Source: Perkinsus chesapeaki ATCC PRA-425
Lineage: Eukaryota; Protista; Perkinsozoa
Reading direction: 5' to 3'
NCBI GenBank assembly: GCA_013115145.1
Contig: JAAPAO010000008.1
Location: 62,001-126,000 of the forward strand
DNA length: 64,000 nucleotides
Part shown: positions 30,933 through 43,041 of the stretch, piece after piece
How the letters are laid out: each line of letters begins with the position of its first letter
How positions within the stretch are numbered: position 1 is the stretch's first letter
Made by a program: the position numbers and the translations under genes
The notes under the pieces: generated by a model
What the model was told of the DNA's origin: nothing
The model's database searches: none
The model's input: only the letters and a program-made list of their open reading frames with translations

Positions 30933-32959
30933 ATGGGAAAGGACTACTACGCCATCTTAGGGGTGAGCCGGGATGCCAGCCAGGACGAGCTTAAAAAGGC
31001 TTATCGGAAGATGGCTATTCGATGGCATCCAGATAAAAATCCAGATAATTTAGAAGAAGCCAATGAGAAGTTTAAAGACATTAGTGAGGCCTATGAGGTA
31101 CTCTCTGATACACAGAAGCGTGAAGTGTAATAATAGCACGGGTGCGATCGTACTCTTGTCGGGGGCACAATGGGAACGCCTTAACTTCCTTCTAGATAGT
31201 GTTTTTTGATCAGTCTATTTGTGACTGGTATAGCCTATTAAGTTGTTGCTTTGCATTTTTATTGGTAGGTATGATCGGTACGGCTCTGATGGTCCACAGA
31301 TGCAGGCAGGCGGTGGCCCAGGTGGCTTTGGTGGGCAGCATATAGATCCCAACGATCTATTCCGAGCGTAAGCCTTCTGAAGCATCTCAACTGAGAGGAC
31401 TCGGAGTGTCACAGGTTTTTCGGTGGTGCCGATATGGAAGATATTTTCGGTGGTCGAGTTGGTGGCGGTATGGGCGGTCCAATGGGTGGGGTAGTAAGGT
31501 GGCACGGGAGACAATGGGATTGGTGCGGTTCTCAATATTAGACCATGCGGCATGGTGCATGCCGCCAGGGGGCTGCAGTGTTGCGTGCCGTGGCTTACGT
31601 ACTGTACTCGAGGCAAGGAAACGGATTTATTGCGGAAATAGCGCAAAGCTGTTTGCGGTCCCCCGCCAATGCCGGACCATCGTATTTATGGGATCCCGTT
31701 GAAAATTCTTTGCTACCTGGTGAGCTATTTTAGAGCTCAACTGGGGAAAGTCGCCAGATATTCCAGCACTGGGCAGTTTCGATCTTGCCAGCCTACTTAT
31801 CGAATGCCCATTGAGTGGCTTCTTGCCACCTTAGGGCAAGGAACGTCACCAGCTTATAAGCATCGCACGAATCGTCATTCTTCAGAATGGAAGCGCTAAG
31901 CGTATGCCTGCTTTCCAGGTTCACTTCGCGACCTTCGGTCCCGGTGGCATGGGGTTCCAATTCGGAGGGCCGGGAATGGGTGGATTCGGTCCAGGGTTTG
32001 GTCGACGACCACAGCAGCCCTCAGCGGTACCTGTGGAAGTTAGCCTAGAGGAAATTTACCAAGGCTCTACAAGGCGAGAGACGGTAGTTATCAGAGAACC
32101 AATGTCGGGCTTTCACTGGGTTTTGGGTGCAGATCAACGGTCATACGGCCAGCTTCCAGATCCCTAAGGGGTGCCATGAGGGAAAGAAGATCAGGTAGGG
32201 AGGAAGCTGTGGGTTGCGCAGATGGGTGGTGATGCTGATTCGCTCAGTTTTGGATCGAGTTCGTCGGCCAACGATATTTCCTATGTAGTGGTTCACGAGC
32301 AGGAACATGATACATTCGAGCGATCAGGAGACGCCGATCTGGTTACTTATGCGGTGCTTAGTGTGATGGAATGGGTAAGGCGGTCGAGTTATGGCTGCCA
32401 GGAGCTTCGCTGTGTATCAGCTCATCACCGGTCGATCTGGATATAAGATAAGGTGCTTGGATGGTAAGGAGATAACAGTACATGCCCCTTCAGTGTGGGA
32501 AGGACAGATTAGAGTTAGGGGAAAGGTACTAGAAGAACCCTTGAGGGTATCTTCGTATGCTGCACTGTTAGGGTATGCCAGTTGAGGCTGTACCTAATGA
32601 GTACGGTGATTTGTATGTTCGGAGTAGTCCAGTGGACCAAGAGACATGGGAGCAGATGAAACAACTATTGAAGATGGTAGTAGAGGAAGGGAGTGTGCCT
32701 TACCCAGCTCTAGCTTCATTTACCATTCGCCTTCACGTGGACTTCGGTAGGCAGCCGATATGCTACGAACCTTTGTGAATAGATATTCGACGACTCTTAA
32801 CGGAGCGTTGCTGGTTGCCCCGCATTGAATGGATGTCGTATCGTCTTGTACATGTAATATCTTCCTCAGGTTGGAGGACTGTTCTTGATCCTCTTGGTAA
32901 TGTCTAACCCATCATGGCTGTTCCTAATCCTAATGCTAAGACCACTGCTTGGTCAATAG
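30933..32959 (+). CDS. DnaJ/Hsp40 (J domain with HPD, G/F-rich region, reduced C-terminal domain, probable C-terminal TM segment)
   Basis: [11 protein letters not shown]...[15 protein letters not shown]...[15 protein letters not shown] linker, [15 protein letters not shown]|GMP...GDLYV. The last two exons (hydrophobic tail) are hand-predicted; the alternative stop is at 32778. Confidence 0.88.
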
Positions 32960-33279
32960 TATATGGCTAGAGGACACGATCACAGCCATAAGGGATGTTC
33001 CTATAGTGAGCTGCAACGCTCTACTGTCAATAGGAGAGATTCGGCGCTTCGCTCCGCTTGCTTAGTGTATCATGTTGTGTCTTTCTCTAACGTTATCATG
33101 AGCGGTGCCATTGTTCGGGCACTATTGCTAGCTGGTGGCAACAACCGCTCTTAACATACCCATCATCCCACTGTATTCTTAGTCACCATAACGTTGACTA
33201 TGTTTTCTGTTCTATTGCCATAGCAGTGCGTTGATTTTTAGTGGTAAATTTACCTGGCCTCAGCGGTACTCTTCCGGCA

Positions 33280-35152
33280 ATGGCTCTTGCCATACCATGG
33301 CGTGCCCAGAGTGTTATCCGATGCGCTCGCTGTTTGGCCTCGACCAGAGTGACGGCTGCACGGCAAGACAGACGGCCTGAAAGAGGAAAGAGAGATACAG
33401 TAGTGGCACCGACGGTGGCGGAGGAAGAAGGGGAGCTAGATGATGACTTGGGAAGCATTGATGAAGTTCGAATGTGGTGTAGAGTGGCAGGTAAGAGTAG
33501 CCACCTGTTTGCCATTGGGGCTTGAAATCCATGTTGTTGTTGATAGAATGTTCTACAGTGCGTCCCGAAAAATGCTCATTGCCGCGATATTGGCTTTTCT
33601 GGAAAAGTTACCCCGGAAAGGGCATTTCCCTGGGATACCCTTTAGTGCCGTTTCGGGGAATTATCGCGAAGAAGTTGTTCCTTATCGTATTGTTGAATGC
33701 GTTGAGGAATCCTTTGTGTCTCGTGGAAGCGTCGATGATAGCATTTAGGGTAGGTTCGGATATGGTCAGTGGTAGTACAGACGCAGTAGTGGAAACGGTC
33801 GAAACGAATAGAGGAGAGGGTATCGAAGAAGCGGAGGAGGATTACATAGAGAATGATAGAGCACTGAGGGAGATGATGAAACTGAGCCCTAAGAAGGGCA
33901 CGTGGCTCTCGTACACGGCGCGTAGGGAGGGGCCTTGAGGTGGTCCCGTTGCATGTTTCTTTCTATGGTAGCTGAGACCAGCATGTCCAATACAAGACGG
34001 TGGCGACGGTTCATGAAGAACTCAGTGATAGAGCAAACACAATTAGTGGAGGGAGGCCGGTGAGCATTCTAGCTTCCCCTACTGGTGGCAATAGAAGGCT
34101 GTATTGTTAGCTATGGCTCTCGGTGGCATGAGGGTAAGGACTGGCTTGAGAAAGCGAAAGAGTCTGAGAGAAAGCCTCGGGTTGGTCTAGAATAGTGCGT
34201 GTCAGTTGCATGGATGAACCTTAGATACGCGTGAGAGTGCTTGATGTCGATAGGCTATCAATGGAGGAGCTGCACGAGTACGCAGCGTTCTGTTTAATTC
34301 GTGCGTCATACCGAACTATGCAGATTTTTCATGTTTGCATTGGTGCGCCGATTTCCAGCCGAAAAGTGTCTGAAAGTTGCCAGCAGATTAGCGACGTTCC
34401 GAGACAAGGCATCTGCAGCTGTGAGAACTACTGGAGCCTCTGTTGAATTGTGAAATCTCAATCTCAGAGTTATAATAAGCTCATGATCGATATGAGCGAG
34501 CTCTTTGGATCCATTTATGGCCCGGAGCTGTGCGCCCTGTTTGATCGGTAGTGGGAAACAACTAAGTTAGATTCTTCTTGTCACGTCTGCTGTGTGTTCG
34601 TAGGTGTCACAATACAATATCAATACCCTACATGCTGGACTACATTAGGAAATATGGGCAGTTCTCGAAGGAATATATAGCGGAAGAAGTAGGTTGTCTT
34701 CATCAACTTGCGCGGCCTTTTCATCTGTGGAGACCCACTGCTTTTTTATTAGGTGTCGGAGTCTATGAATCCACCAGTATTTGACTTTGTGCGGTACCAG
34801 CATCGAGGTGGATTGCGGTACGAAATTGTCAGAAAGCCTCAAGTAAAGCCGTTGTTCAGGCCGTTACCACCAGTGGTTACCAAACCCCTCGAGCTCAACA
34901 CGTACGCACGACTTTTACCACCATCAAGCGTTAAACGGTACGGTCTGGGAAAGCCGTGTCTGAACGGCCAGTGTGGCACACAGGTGGATCTACCAGCACC
35001 TTCTGCACCACGGTCGGATTATGCTTCATCGAAAGTCGCCTAAGGCTGCGGATATGGATCCAGTGCTCATGGAGACCGATGCAGCAGCTCGTAACGTTTC
35101 GACCTCCGTTTCGGAAGCGGCCCTTTTGGGCGTTGGAAGAAACCATGTGTGA
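33280..35152 (+). CDS. Hypothetical multi-exon protein with Arg-rich, transit-peptide-like N-terminus
   Basis: MALAIPWRAQSVIRCARCLASTRVTAARQ... followed by several ORF segments separated by short GT-AG introns. No family recognised and the exon chain is incomplete. Confidence 0.45.
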
Positions 35153-35246
35153 TAGGTACGGCTGAACGTCTGGCTAGGTCGATGAGCAGCCGACCTCCAG
35201 AGCAGCTTTTGAACCAAGTGAACTAAAATGGACAAGGCAATGACTT

Positions 35247-36088
35247 ATGCGGAAAATTAGGTGCGAACTCGAGCCGAGCACGGATTGGAGCTTCCAAGAG
35301 AAGGCGGTGATGAAGGCGATGGTACAGTTGTTGAGTGGAACATAGCTTCTGGGAACAAAGGGAATTTTGAAGGCCAAGAAGAGGAGAAAGGTGAATTAAA
35401 TAGAAGGCTGTTGGGTGTTGTAGGACATACTTTAACGTGCCAGAATGGTCAATACGTTCAACTGAGGACCGCCCAAGTGGAGCCGACGGAACGAAGGTCA
35501 GGGATACTTCAAGTTCAATGCAATTCACTAAAGTGCAAGAATTCAAATCTCGTCTTGCGGAGGACGACGACTCGGCCATGGTACCGATCCCCGACGAATC
35601 GGGGGATCCAGGCTCAGTAAGGGTTCCAGGTCGTGTGCGGTGTTGTTACTTCCTGTAAGGTCATACCTGTTGGCGAAGAGACCGGACGAACGGACGACTT
35701 CGAGGAGAATAGAGAGGAGCGTTTCTGGCTGCGAAAAGTCGTCTCCTTCTTCCGACACAACCGACGGTAGATCGCAATGCGGTAATACTTGCAGCTACTG
35801 CGTAATCTCAGATGCTACCGCTACATCCCTGGTAGGGGATGGACACTGGTTGATGATCCTCGTGGACCGAAAAGGTAGAGGATGTTTGAGGTTAGACGTT
35901 TTGAACCTGGCGTTGCTTCAGTTACGGTATTCCACGAAAGCATCGCCCACATATCATACAACGTACGAAGCAAAGAAAGCTTTCGAAAGTTCGTGCATGG
36001 TATCGTCTCAAGTCCAATTTGCGTGGATCGGCGAAAGCTAGACTTGGCTGAACATGCGTTTCTGAGAAAGTTTCTGACTTTGCTATAG
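35247..36088 (+). CDS. Hypothetical multi-exon protein
   Basis: Plus-strand ORF segments (35437-35658, 35882-36088) with plausible GT-AG introns. No motif recognised and the start is uncertain. Confidence 0.3.
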
Positions 36089-36739
36089 TTCTACTTAACG
36101 TCAATTAGCTTATTCTCTACATAGTAACATTGCAACTGGTGTAATACTAGCACGAACTACGATACACTTCCCAACTTGCAACGCGTTCTTCGAAGTTGTC
36201 GTCGAGGTCGTACCGGGAGACCCAACCCTGTGCAAATTACTGCGGAAGCACGAGAATATGTTGAACGCGTTACCCAATACAGTTCTACGACAGAAATCAA
36301 CATTACCGATAGCTTCGAGCAGTTCGCATTTCCTTCATGCTGCGGACACATGGCATCGTCTTGATGAAAGCTTGTCAAAAACTATGGGATTCGCCTGGAC
36401 AAAACTCCATTAAAAAGCATTTAGGAACATGCAACTTCGCAGTCACGATATTGCGGCACATAAAGATACACAAAAAATATCAAGACCGCTCGACACTTTT
36501 TAATTACTTACATCCTCCGTCCAATAGTTAATAACTAACTATAGTTACTGTAGCCACTAAATGCTGTCTAATTCTCATCTAGCTCTAGCTTGTCGATATA
36601 GACATCGCTGAAGTGTCGCAAGCTGTAGACAATTCCATCGAGAGTTCAATTCCACGCAATTTACCGAAGCACTTATCGTCCTTGTAGTATTGTCTCAAAT
36701 CGTACTACTGAAGCACTTTCAGATCTAGCTTATCATTCC

Positions 36740-36817
36740 TAGATGTGTATGAGTGTCAACGTCTCCACTTTTAATTCCAAATCCTAGAGGTTGCTAGGCA
36801 AATGATCAAATAACGTC
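36740..36817 (+). repeat. 78-bp direct repeat, copy 1 (left of gap)
   Basis: TAGATGTGTATGAGTGTCAA...GATCAAATAACGTC; 5 mismatches by eye versus the copy at 37157-37234. Confidence 0.9.
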
Positions 36818-36896
36818 TTGTGTTTCGTCGGCGGTTCTCTCTTTCCAAAAATGCATATATTTTTTGTAGTTGATATCGTTTCTTTATATTAACGCT

Positions 36897-36939
36897 ATGA
36901 AGTTCATTCTCGCTGCTATCGGTGCTGTTGCTTTGGCTG
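36897..36939 (+). CDS. 5' fragment of a signal-peptide-bearing (secreted/surface) protein, truncated by the gap
   Basis: ATG...GCT G = MKFILAAIGAVALA, a classic signal peptide. A T-rich acceptor TTTTTTGTAG (AG at 36868-36869) lies 27 nt upstream of the ATG. Confidence 0.6.
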
Positions 36940-37038
36940 NNNNNNNNNNNNNNNNNNNNNNNNNNNNNNNNNNNNNNNNNNNNNNNNNNNNNNNNNNNNN
37001 NNNNNNNNNNNNNNNNNNNNNNNNNNNNNNNNNNNNNN
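36940..37038. other. Assembly gap (99 N)
   Basis: Run of N read directly. Confidence 0.99.
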
Positions 37039-37156
37039 ATTATTGCTAATTTTTGGTTGACTACCAGGTAGTCGCAAGCTAGATGAGCCGTATGGCTCGC
37101 ACGGTTTCCCCGCGGTAACCGTTACCAGTGTATCAGGTTGACTGGCTTGTCATTTT

Positions 37157-37234
37157 TAGATGTGTATGAGTGTCAATATCTCCACTTTTAATTCTAAATC
37201 CTAGAGGTTGCCAGGCAAACGATCAAATAACGTC
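37157..37234 (+). repeat. 78-bp direct repeat, copy 2 (right of gap)
   Basis: About 94% identical to 36740-36817 by hand alignment. Confidence 0.9.
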
Positions 37235-37372
37235 AAGTTTTCGTTAGCCTTAATTTTTTCCTAAAGATGTAGAATTTTAGTTTTTGAGTAGTGCTTCGGT
37301 GTGATGTTGTGAAGGGTTTCTTGCTTATGTATAGCCCCTGTTGGCACTAGGCGGACGCAACTGTGATGCAAA

Positions 37373-40300
37373 TTACGACAATGAATGCATCTTCATGAGT
37401 TCGGCCTTCCGCTTTGCAAGTAAATAGTCAACTCCTAGCCTTGAAGTTAATTGGCCACTCTTGAACTTACTAGGAGAAGAGCTTAGTCGATTAACCGTCT
37501 GCTTGGCGTTTGGCTTGTCAATGGCAAATCGATAGGTAGCATCCATGGAACGTGATCGTGAATGGCTCAGCGAGGTAGGACGATAGCTTGAACGGGACGA
37601 AACTGCAGGCGTACTATAAATCGATGTTGAGCTCCGAGTTGATAGGGACTGCCCGACTCGCAGCCGGTAACGCTCAGTAGGGCTACCGCTGGAGATACAC
37701 CTCTCGTTACCATTTGGGGGGCCCTCTTCTGTAACAATCTCCGTTGTGAGACTACTGTAGTGTCTTGTTGGCAGTAGTCTGTGTAGTGCAGCAACATCCT
37801 GATTCGTTTGACTTCTATGGTGGACTTAGATACTCTTCTTACTTCATTCAGCTGTTCTCTAATAACATCCGGTGACACTATTTGCTCAACCCCTTTCAAT
37901 ATTCTGCCCATTAGGGAGCCGATTTCAGTCGACTCAGTCGAGGCTATACCTTGCTCCCTAGTCTCGAGCTCCGATATCCTTTCCTGACACATTGCGTTAC
38001 TATCAGCTGTCCCTGACACTCACTCTTAGTTGAATCAGCTCTCTGTCTTGCACTTCTTTAGATTTCTGAAGCTGCGCCACTATCTGGTCTCGATCATCCA
38101 GCCGCGTTGTCAAGGCCAGCATAATATCTCTCTGCTTGATCAAAAGTGATTTATACCTAAAGTGCCGCTACCCCTCCAAGTTTGACTTCAAAATGGCTAC
38201 CTGTCAACGTGCATCTTATCGTTTTCCAGTGCCTCTCGTTCCCTTTCTAACGCCTCTTCAGTGAGCCTAAGCTGCTCCATGTATCGCTCATTACCATCTC
38301 CCAGCGCTGGATGCAGCAGTTGGTTTTGAAGATGCCGCACCCTCTCCGTGAGGGCTTCATTGGATTCTCTCTGTCGCTCAAATTCTCTGCAAGACCACGC
38401 ATAGCTTCCCCCTGTTCAGCTGGGCTCGATAGCCTTACCTACTGGTGTGTTGCAGTCGGCGATACGCTTCAGTACGATCCTCCTCTGCTCTTCGTCTCTC
38501 CTCGTCCATCTACAGCACCCCACATACCAAGACTCTCTCGTATACGTAACCCTCAAGTACGAATACCTTCAATAACTGTCTGTCGTTTACTGCACTGTTA
38601 GGGCGCTTGGCCAGCTCTGCTCGGAGCCTCTGTAGTTCAGCTTCGTATCTTCGCTAGCTTAGAACAGAGGCACTCCGTATACAACTGTTACTTGCGTATT
38701 AGAGCATCTTGATCCGATACGAACTCGTTCATGACAGCTGTGTTACGAATTGTCTTTGCCCTATTTGCAAACTTCAGTGTTGATAACGATTCTCCAAAGG
38801 CTTCTGCCTACCAAACAGGGCAGCTTACAAGGAGGACATCTGTCGGCGCACCGCTGGTGATATCATGGCAATCATCGCCGTTATACAGTTTCCACCAAGA
38901 GAATCTTCTAGCAGGCGAGTGAGCTTCGAGTCTCGATAGGGGATATGGCTCCGCCCAGCTCCCGATGCGCCACTCTCAGCTAACATATCACTCATCAAGA
39001 CCAACATCAATCGTAATGCAGACCTCGGCTGGCCTCAGTAAGAGCTGATATAACATTTCCCAGAGCTGATAGGGACTGATTTATCTTCTTTGATTCTTCC
39101 AATCTCACTCCTGTAGCACCTGTGTGGAAGGCTGCTAGATTATTATGACAACAGTCTAGCTACCAGTAAGCCTGACACGCTCACTTCCCGCCAAGTCGAC
39201 TAAGTTCAGCTTGCCTACCTGTCGGAAGTGTTCGACCATGCCACACTACTATCCTACCTTCAAAGTCGAGTTATCGTCTACGATCTCTACTACGATTGTA
39301 AATACTGCATGTGACCGTGAGGATGCATCATTGAGTTTAGTCTGAAGCGGCGTCGCTGCTGCGCTAGCGGACCCTCCCCTACAGTGGCGATGGCCCGTGA
39401 TGCATTGCCCTCTGTTATCAGTGTGTAAACCTCTTCTGGCTCTCTGACGATGTGCTCCGCCAAGCCGTCAACGTATCTTGCAAACTTATTATCGCAAATA
39501 GTCAGCCTCGAGCTTTTACACTCCTAGACTCTTATCCTGCCTTATATTCAGCTGTGGCCTATCCTCTCTTGGAAGCAAGTCCGATAAAGCCTCATTATAT
39601 ATTTGCAGGTAAGATGCTCGCACACGGAACGTTGCATCGGAAGCCCTATTGAGGTCTGCGTATCTGCACTTGGTGACTCGGCGTTTAACCTGTTGCTAGT
39701 CCTACTCGAATATCTCTGCCATGCTCCTTGGTATTATCCCTCTCTGTGAATGGTCATGGTAATCGGTAACGAAGCCCTCCATAGTGTGTGTCTTCCCAGT
39801 TCCCGTTTGACCGTAGGCCAGTATGGTAGCATTGTATCTACCTTAGCCGTTGCTCGTTTCGACACAAGAGTTTGTCTACCCTTGAAGCACACTCATTACG
39901 GCGTCCTTGGCCGTTCTCTGATAAACATCTGGTTGCCTGGAGTCCTCATCATATCTGGTGATTCACACTGCATGCGTTGCAACGACATTCAAGCTGCTGC
40001 CATTGGGAACTTACACGGTATCAAATGTGAAGACATGATTTGCCAGAATCTGGTGTTGCCGTTCAGTTGCCTGTGCGATTCTCGCAGGACCCCCTCCTCC
40101 CACAGAGCCCGTCATTGGTACGCTGACAACCTGAGGCCTTGCTGTCCGGCGGAGGGGTAAAAGCTATTACCTCGCTGAGTGTCAATTGTGGACCATCTAC
40201 CGAGACTATATGGCAGTAGTCGGATGCTAGTAATTCCCGCTTCAAAGGAGGTCTCACTCTTACAGCTACCTGTGCCATACTAATGGGTACTCTTCCCTGG

Positions 40301-40409
40301 TTAACAACAGGGGCGACATTACATTGAAATCACCCTTAATAATCTTTCTTGTCAGTGCCTTACGCTTTTCCGCTTCATTTGTTCGTAGCATGCCCTGTGA
40401 CATGGTCAT
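37373..40409 (-). CDS. Kinesin motor protein (N-terminal motor, coiled-coil stalk, Ser/Arg-rich tail)
   Basis: [13 protein letters not shown]-loop [13 protein letters not shown], switch [12 protein letters not shown], switch [46 protein letters not shown]. Confidence 0.95.
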
Positions 40410-40589
40410 ACCAGCGAACGCCAGAGCGCAGGCTAACACTACTTGTGACAACTGTAACGCGGAAAGATAGGTGTCATTAAAATATCAGAATTGAACTAAT
40501 AGTACGATTTATGATATTGCGAGGGTTGGGTGTGAATGTATTATACAGATTCGTCAGTCAGTCATATATTTAACAGTATGCCAAGCCAG

Positions 40590-42900
40590 CTAGATACCAT
40601 CTTCGACAACATTACCACGCCGAAACTCGTGAACCTGAAAAACTCCCCCATCACAAGTTCCTCCACCAGTAGCATTGTTGTATGGCACTTCAAGAGCTAC
40701 TGAGTGTCTGACCTTATTTGAGATGCATTCAAGTTCCTTCATGGTATCCTGGTATTTCTTTTTGGTTGCTCTAATTGCCGTTTTCACTTTGCCAGCTCTA
40801 ACTAGCTCATTATTACTGAGCTCCGAAAACCTGACGCCCGCTTGTTCCCATCAGTTTCCGTAGTAAAGTATGCTACTTCGCGAAATCACTGTACCAAGGT
40901 TCGGCCTTCTTTATGGCGCGTTCCGTTGTATCCCGCTTTATGCGTGATATTAGGTTCTGAATCGATCGGTACCTACTCCCCGAGTACCTCCACAAGACAT
41001 CACCATACACTTACTCAGAAGTTCGGGTGATGCAAGCACGCTCGGCTGCGTCCCGAGACGACTGAGCAGCAAGCAGCTCAACAGAGAGTTCCGCTAGTCG
41101 ATCCTATCAGTAACGATAAGCTGCAATGACCTCAGATGTTATACCTGTTCATCTGAGGACTTCAGAGGGATGCTACTACTAGTCCTTGGCCGTAGCGATG
41201 GTTCAGCAATTGGGCTTGGTTCAGCAGAGCTCCTGAGAACAATATCCAGTGCTAACGTGAGCCCACGAAGTATTCGGTTATCGAATTCCGGCGCTCGCCA
41301 CACGGCGATTGCTGATGGTAGAAATTTGAGTTGAGGTGAATTTCGGCAGGCTGCGAAGATGCCCTTCAAACCGCCCCTCCCCTATAGTACTCTTTGTCGT
41401 CCCCCACAGTACTGCCAGTCGAGTATGACTCTCGAGCTTCCACGCAGCCACCCTCCCCTTCGAGAGCGAATTCTGGAAGTGTATCACCACACAGGAAGGT
41501 TGAAGGCTTTACCTTCCTCAGCTCCACTCATAAGCTTTTTGATGCGTTCAACATCCTCAACAGCCTTCTTGAACTCACCAGTAGCTGCATGAACCGCCTA
41601 ACGTACACTGTACGGCGGTCAGATGGTGGCAAAGGCCGGCACCTGTTGAGAGTCCCCGAGAGCAGCGCATGCCTCATAGTAAGCTTTGGTTCTCTCAAGC
41701 ACCGATCGGCCGATAAGCTAAACACGCGAATGTCATTGAACTAGGTTTATGTAACGAGTCCATTACTGGCAGGAGCTGCTGTTTCCTCCTTCTCCATTCT
41801 GAAGCTAGATGATGCCGCCGCTTCTCTATTGTACTGAGCTCTCTCTCTAAATCATTCAGTCGCTCAGCAGATGTATTCATCGCATCCAATAGCTCTGGGA
41901 CCTGCGTCGATATTGACAATGCTGTAGAGGTGTATCGACGACCTTCTCAGTTAATCTCCTTTCCTCGTCGCCTTCCTCAGTGTCCTCTGCTAACTCCCGA
42001 ACCGAGCTCGGTACTTCCAGGTCACAATTAGCCGCTGCGACACTTTCAGAGTCGGCTGCCTGACATGATTGAATGCACTAAGGATATGTTGTCAGCCTTC
42101 CTAAGCTGAGCTCTACACTTTCCTGGCCGTTGGGGAGAGACTCGGGCCGATCGTCGCCACGATCCGAACACTAGCGTGGACTCGATACTGGAACTATAAT
42201 ATACATGTCTCCAACTAGATGATATAGATTCTAAGTTGAAGTAGCCCTCTCGGATGGGGTCCGCTTCAAAGAGAGCCGCCGAATTTTCCCCAACTCTTAA
42301 AGCGCTAAAACTATAAAAAGCGGCAGGAAATTTGTCATCTGTCCTCAACAACATAATTTCGACACTTACCGATGCGTCCACATCCGAGTCCCATCCACAG
42401 GTCATGTGCCGTGCCTTCCGAACATGATTCTAAGATGGGATATTAGGGTTATGGGCTTTATTCCTACAGTGTTATGATGAGAGTATCTGCTAGAGCTACG
42501 AGAGCTACTAGAGGACTCTGACCCCAAGCACGAGGCCACATCTGCAATGTGGACATCAGTAGGCTCCATCAGCTCAGTCGGAGTTGCGGATCTTGACAAA
42601 GTACTTTGAGCCCCCCAACGGCCCAGCACTACCTTCCGTACACTGTTGGTAGCTCGAGGCTCTTGCTGGTAATCCGAGGAGACTGAGGAAGAAGATCCAA
42701 GTCTCCATCGTGGGAAGTGATTTCGGGCACTACCGCGGAAATTTTGGTATGAGCTCGGGAGTCCGGCCGCCGCCGTTCACTGGTTGATGACGGTACTTCC
42801 AACGTGACAAAAATATAACTCAACTACAAGTAGGATAATCCGATTCAGTGTTAAACACTGAGAGGACAGGCCAACACTTGCCCTTCTTGCTCTGACTTGA
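40590..42900 (-). CDS. SH3BP5/REI-1/Parcas-like coiled-coil protein (putative Rab11 GEF); 5' end uncertain
   Basis: Spliced ELLDAMNTSAERLNDLERE, KLIGRSVLERTKAYYEA, AVHAATGEFKKAVEDVERIK, ERAIKKAEPW|FSEL, KKKYQDTMKELECISNK|VHEFRR. This mirrors the two SH3BP5 repeats (K..I...KPY..; Y..AL..LE.IS.EIH). Confidence 0.65.
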
Positions 42901-43041
42901 AGTTACCTAACGCTACTTCTCCAGTGTCGCACCTCGACGCGGTAGGCTTGCCCAGGCCGGTGCCTGATAGCGCTAGCGGAACTATCCTCGACAGGGAGAC
43001 TGTCGTTGGTGTATGTTTTAAGATGAGTTATTGTACATAGC

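Noticed and set aside
36100-36540. Open frame of ~90 codons without ATG between the hypothetical gene and the repeat
   Set aside because: No start, splice context or transposase/RT motif was recognised, so it cannot be called a gene or mobile element.
42640-42710. Signal-peptide-like METWIFFLSLLGLPARA reading on the minus strand
   Set aside because: That frame hits a stop after the next splice junction. The alternative frame splices in phase with the SH3BP5-like exons.
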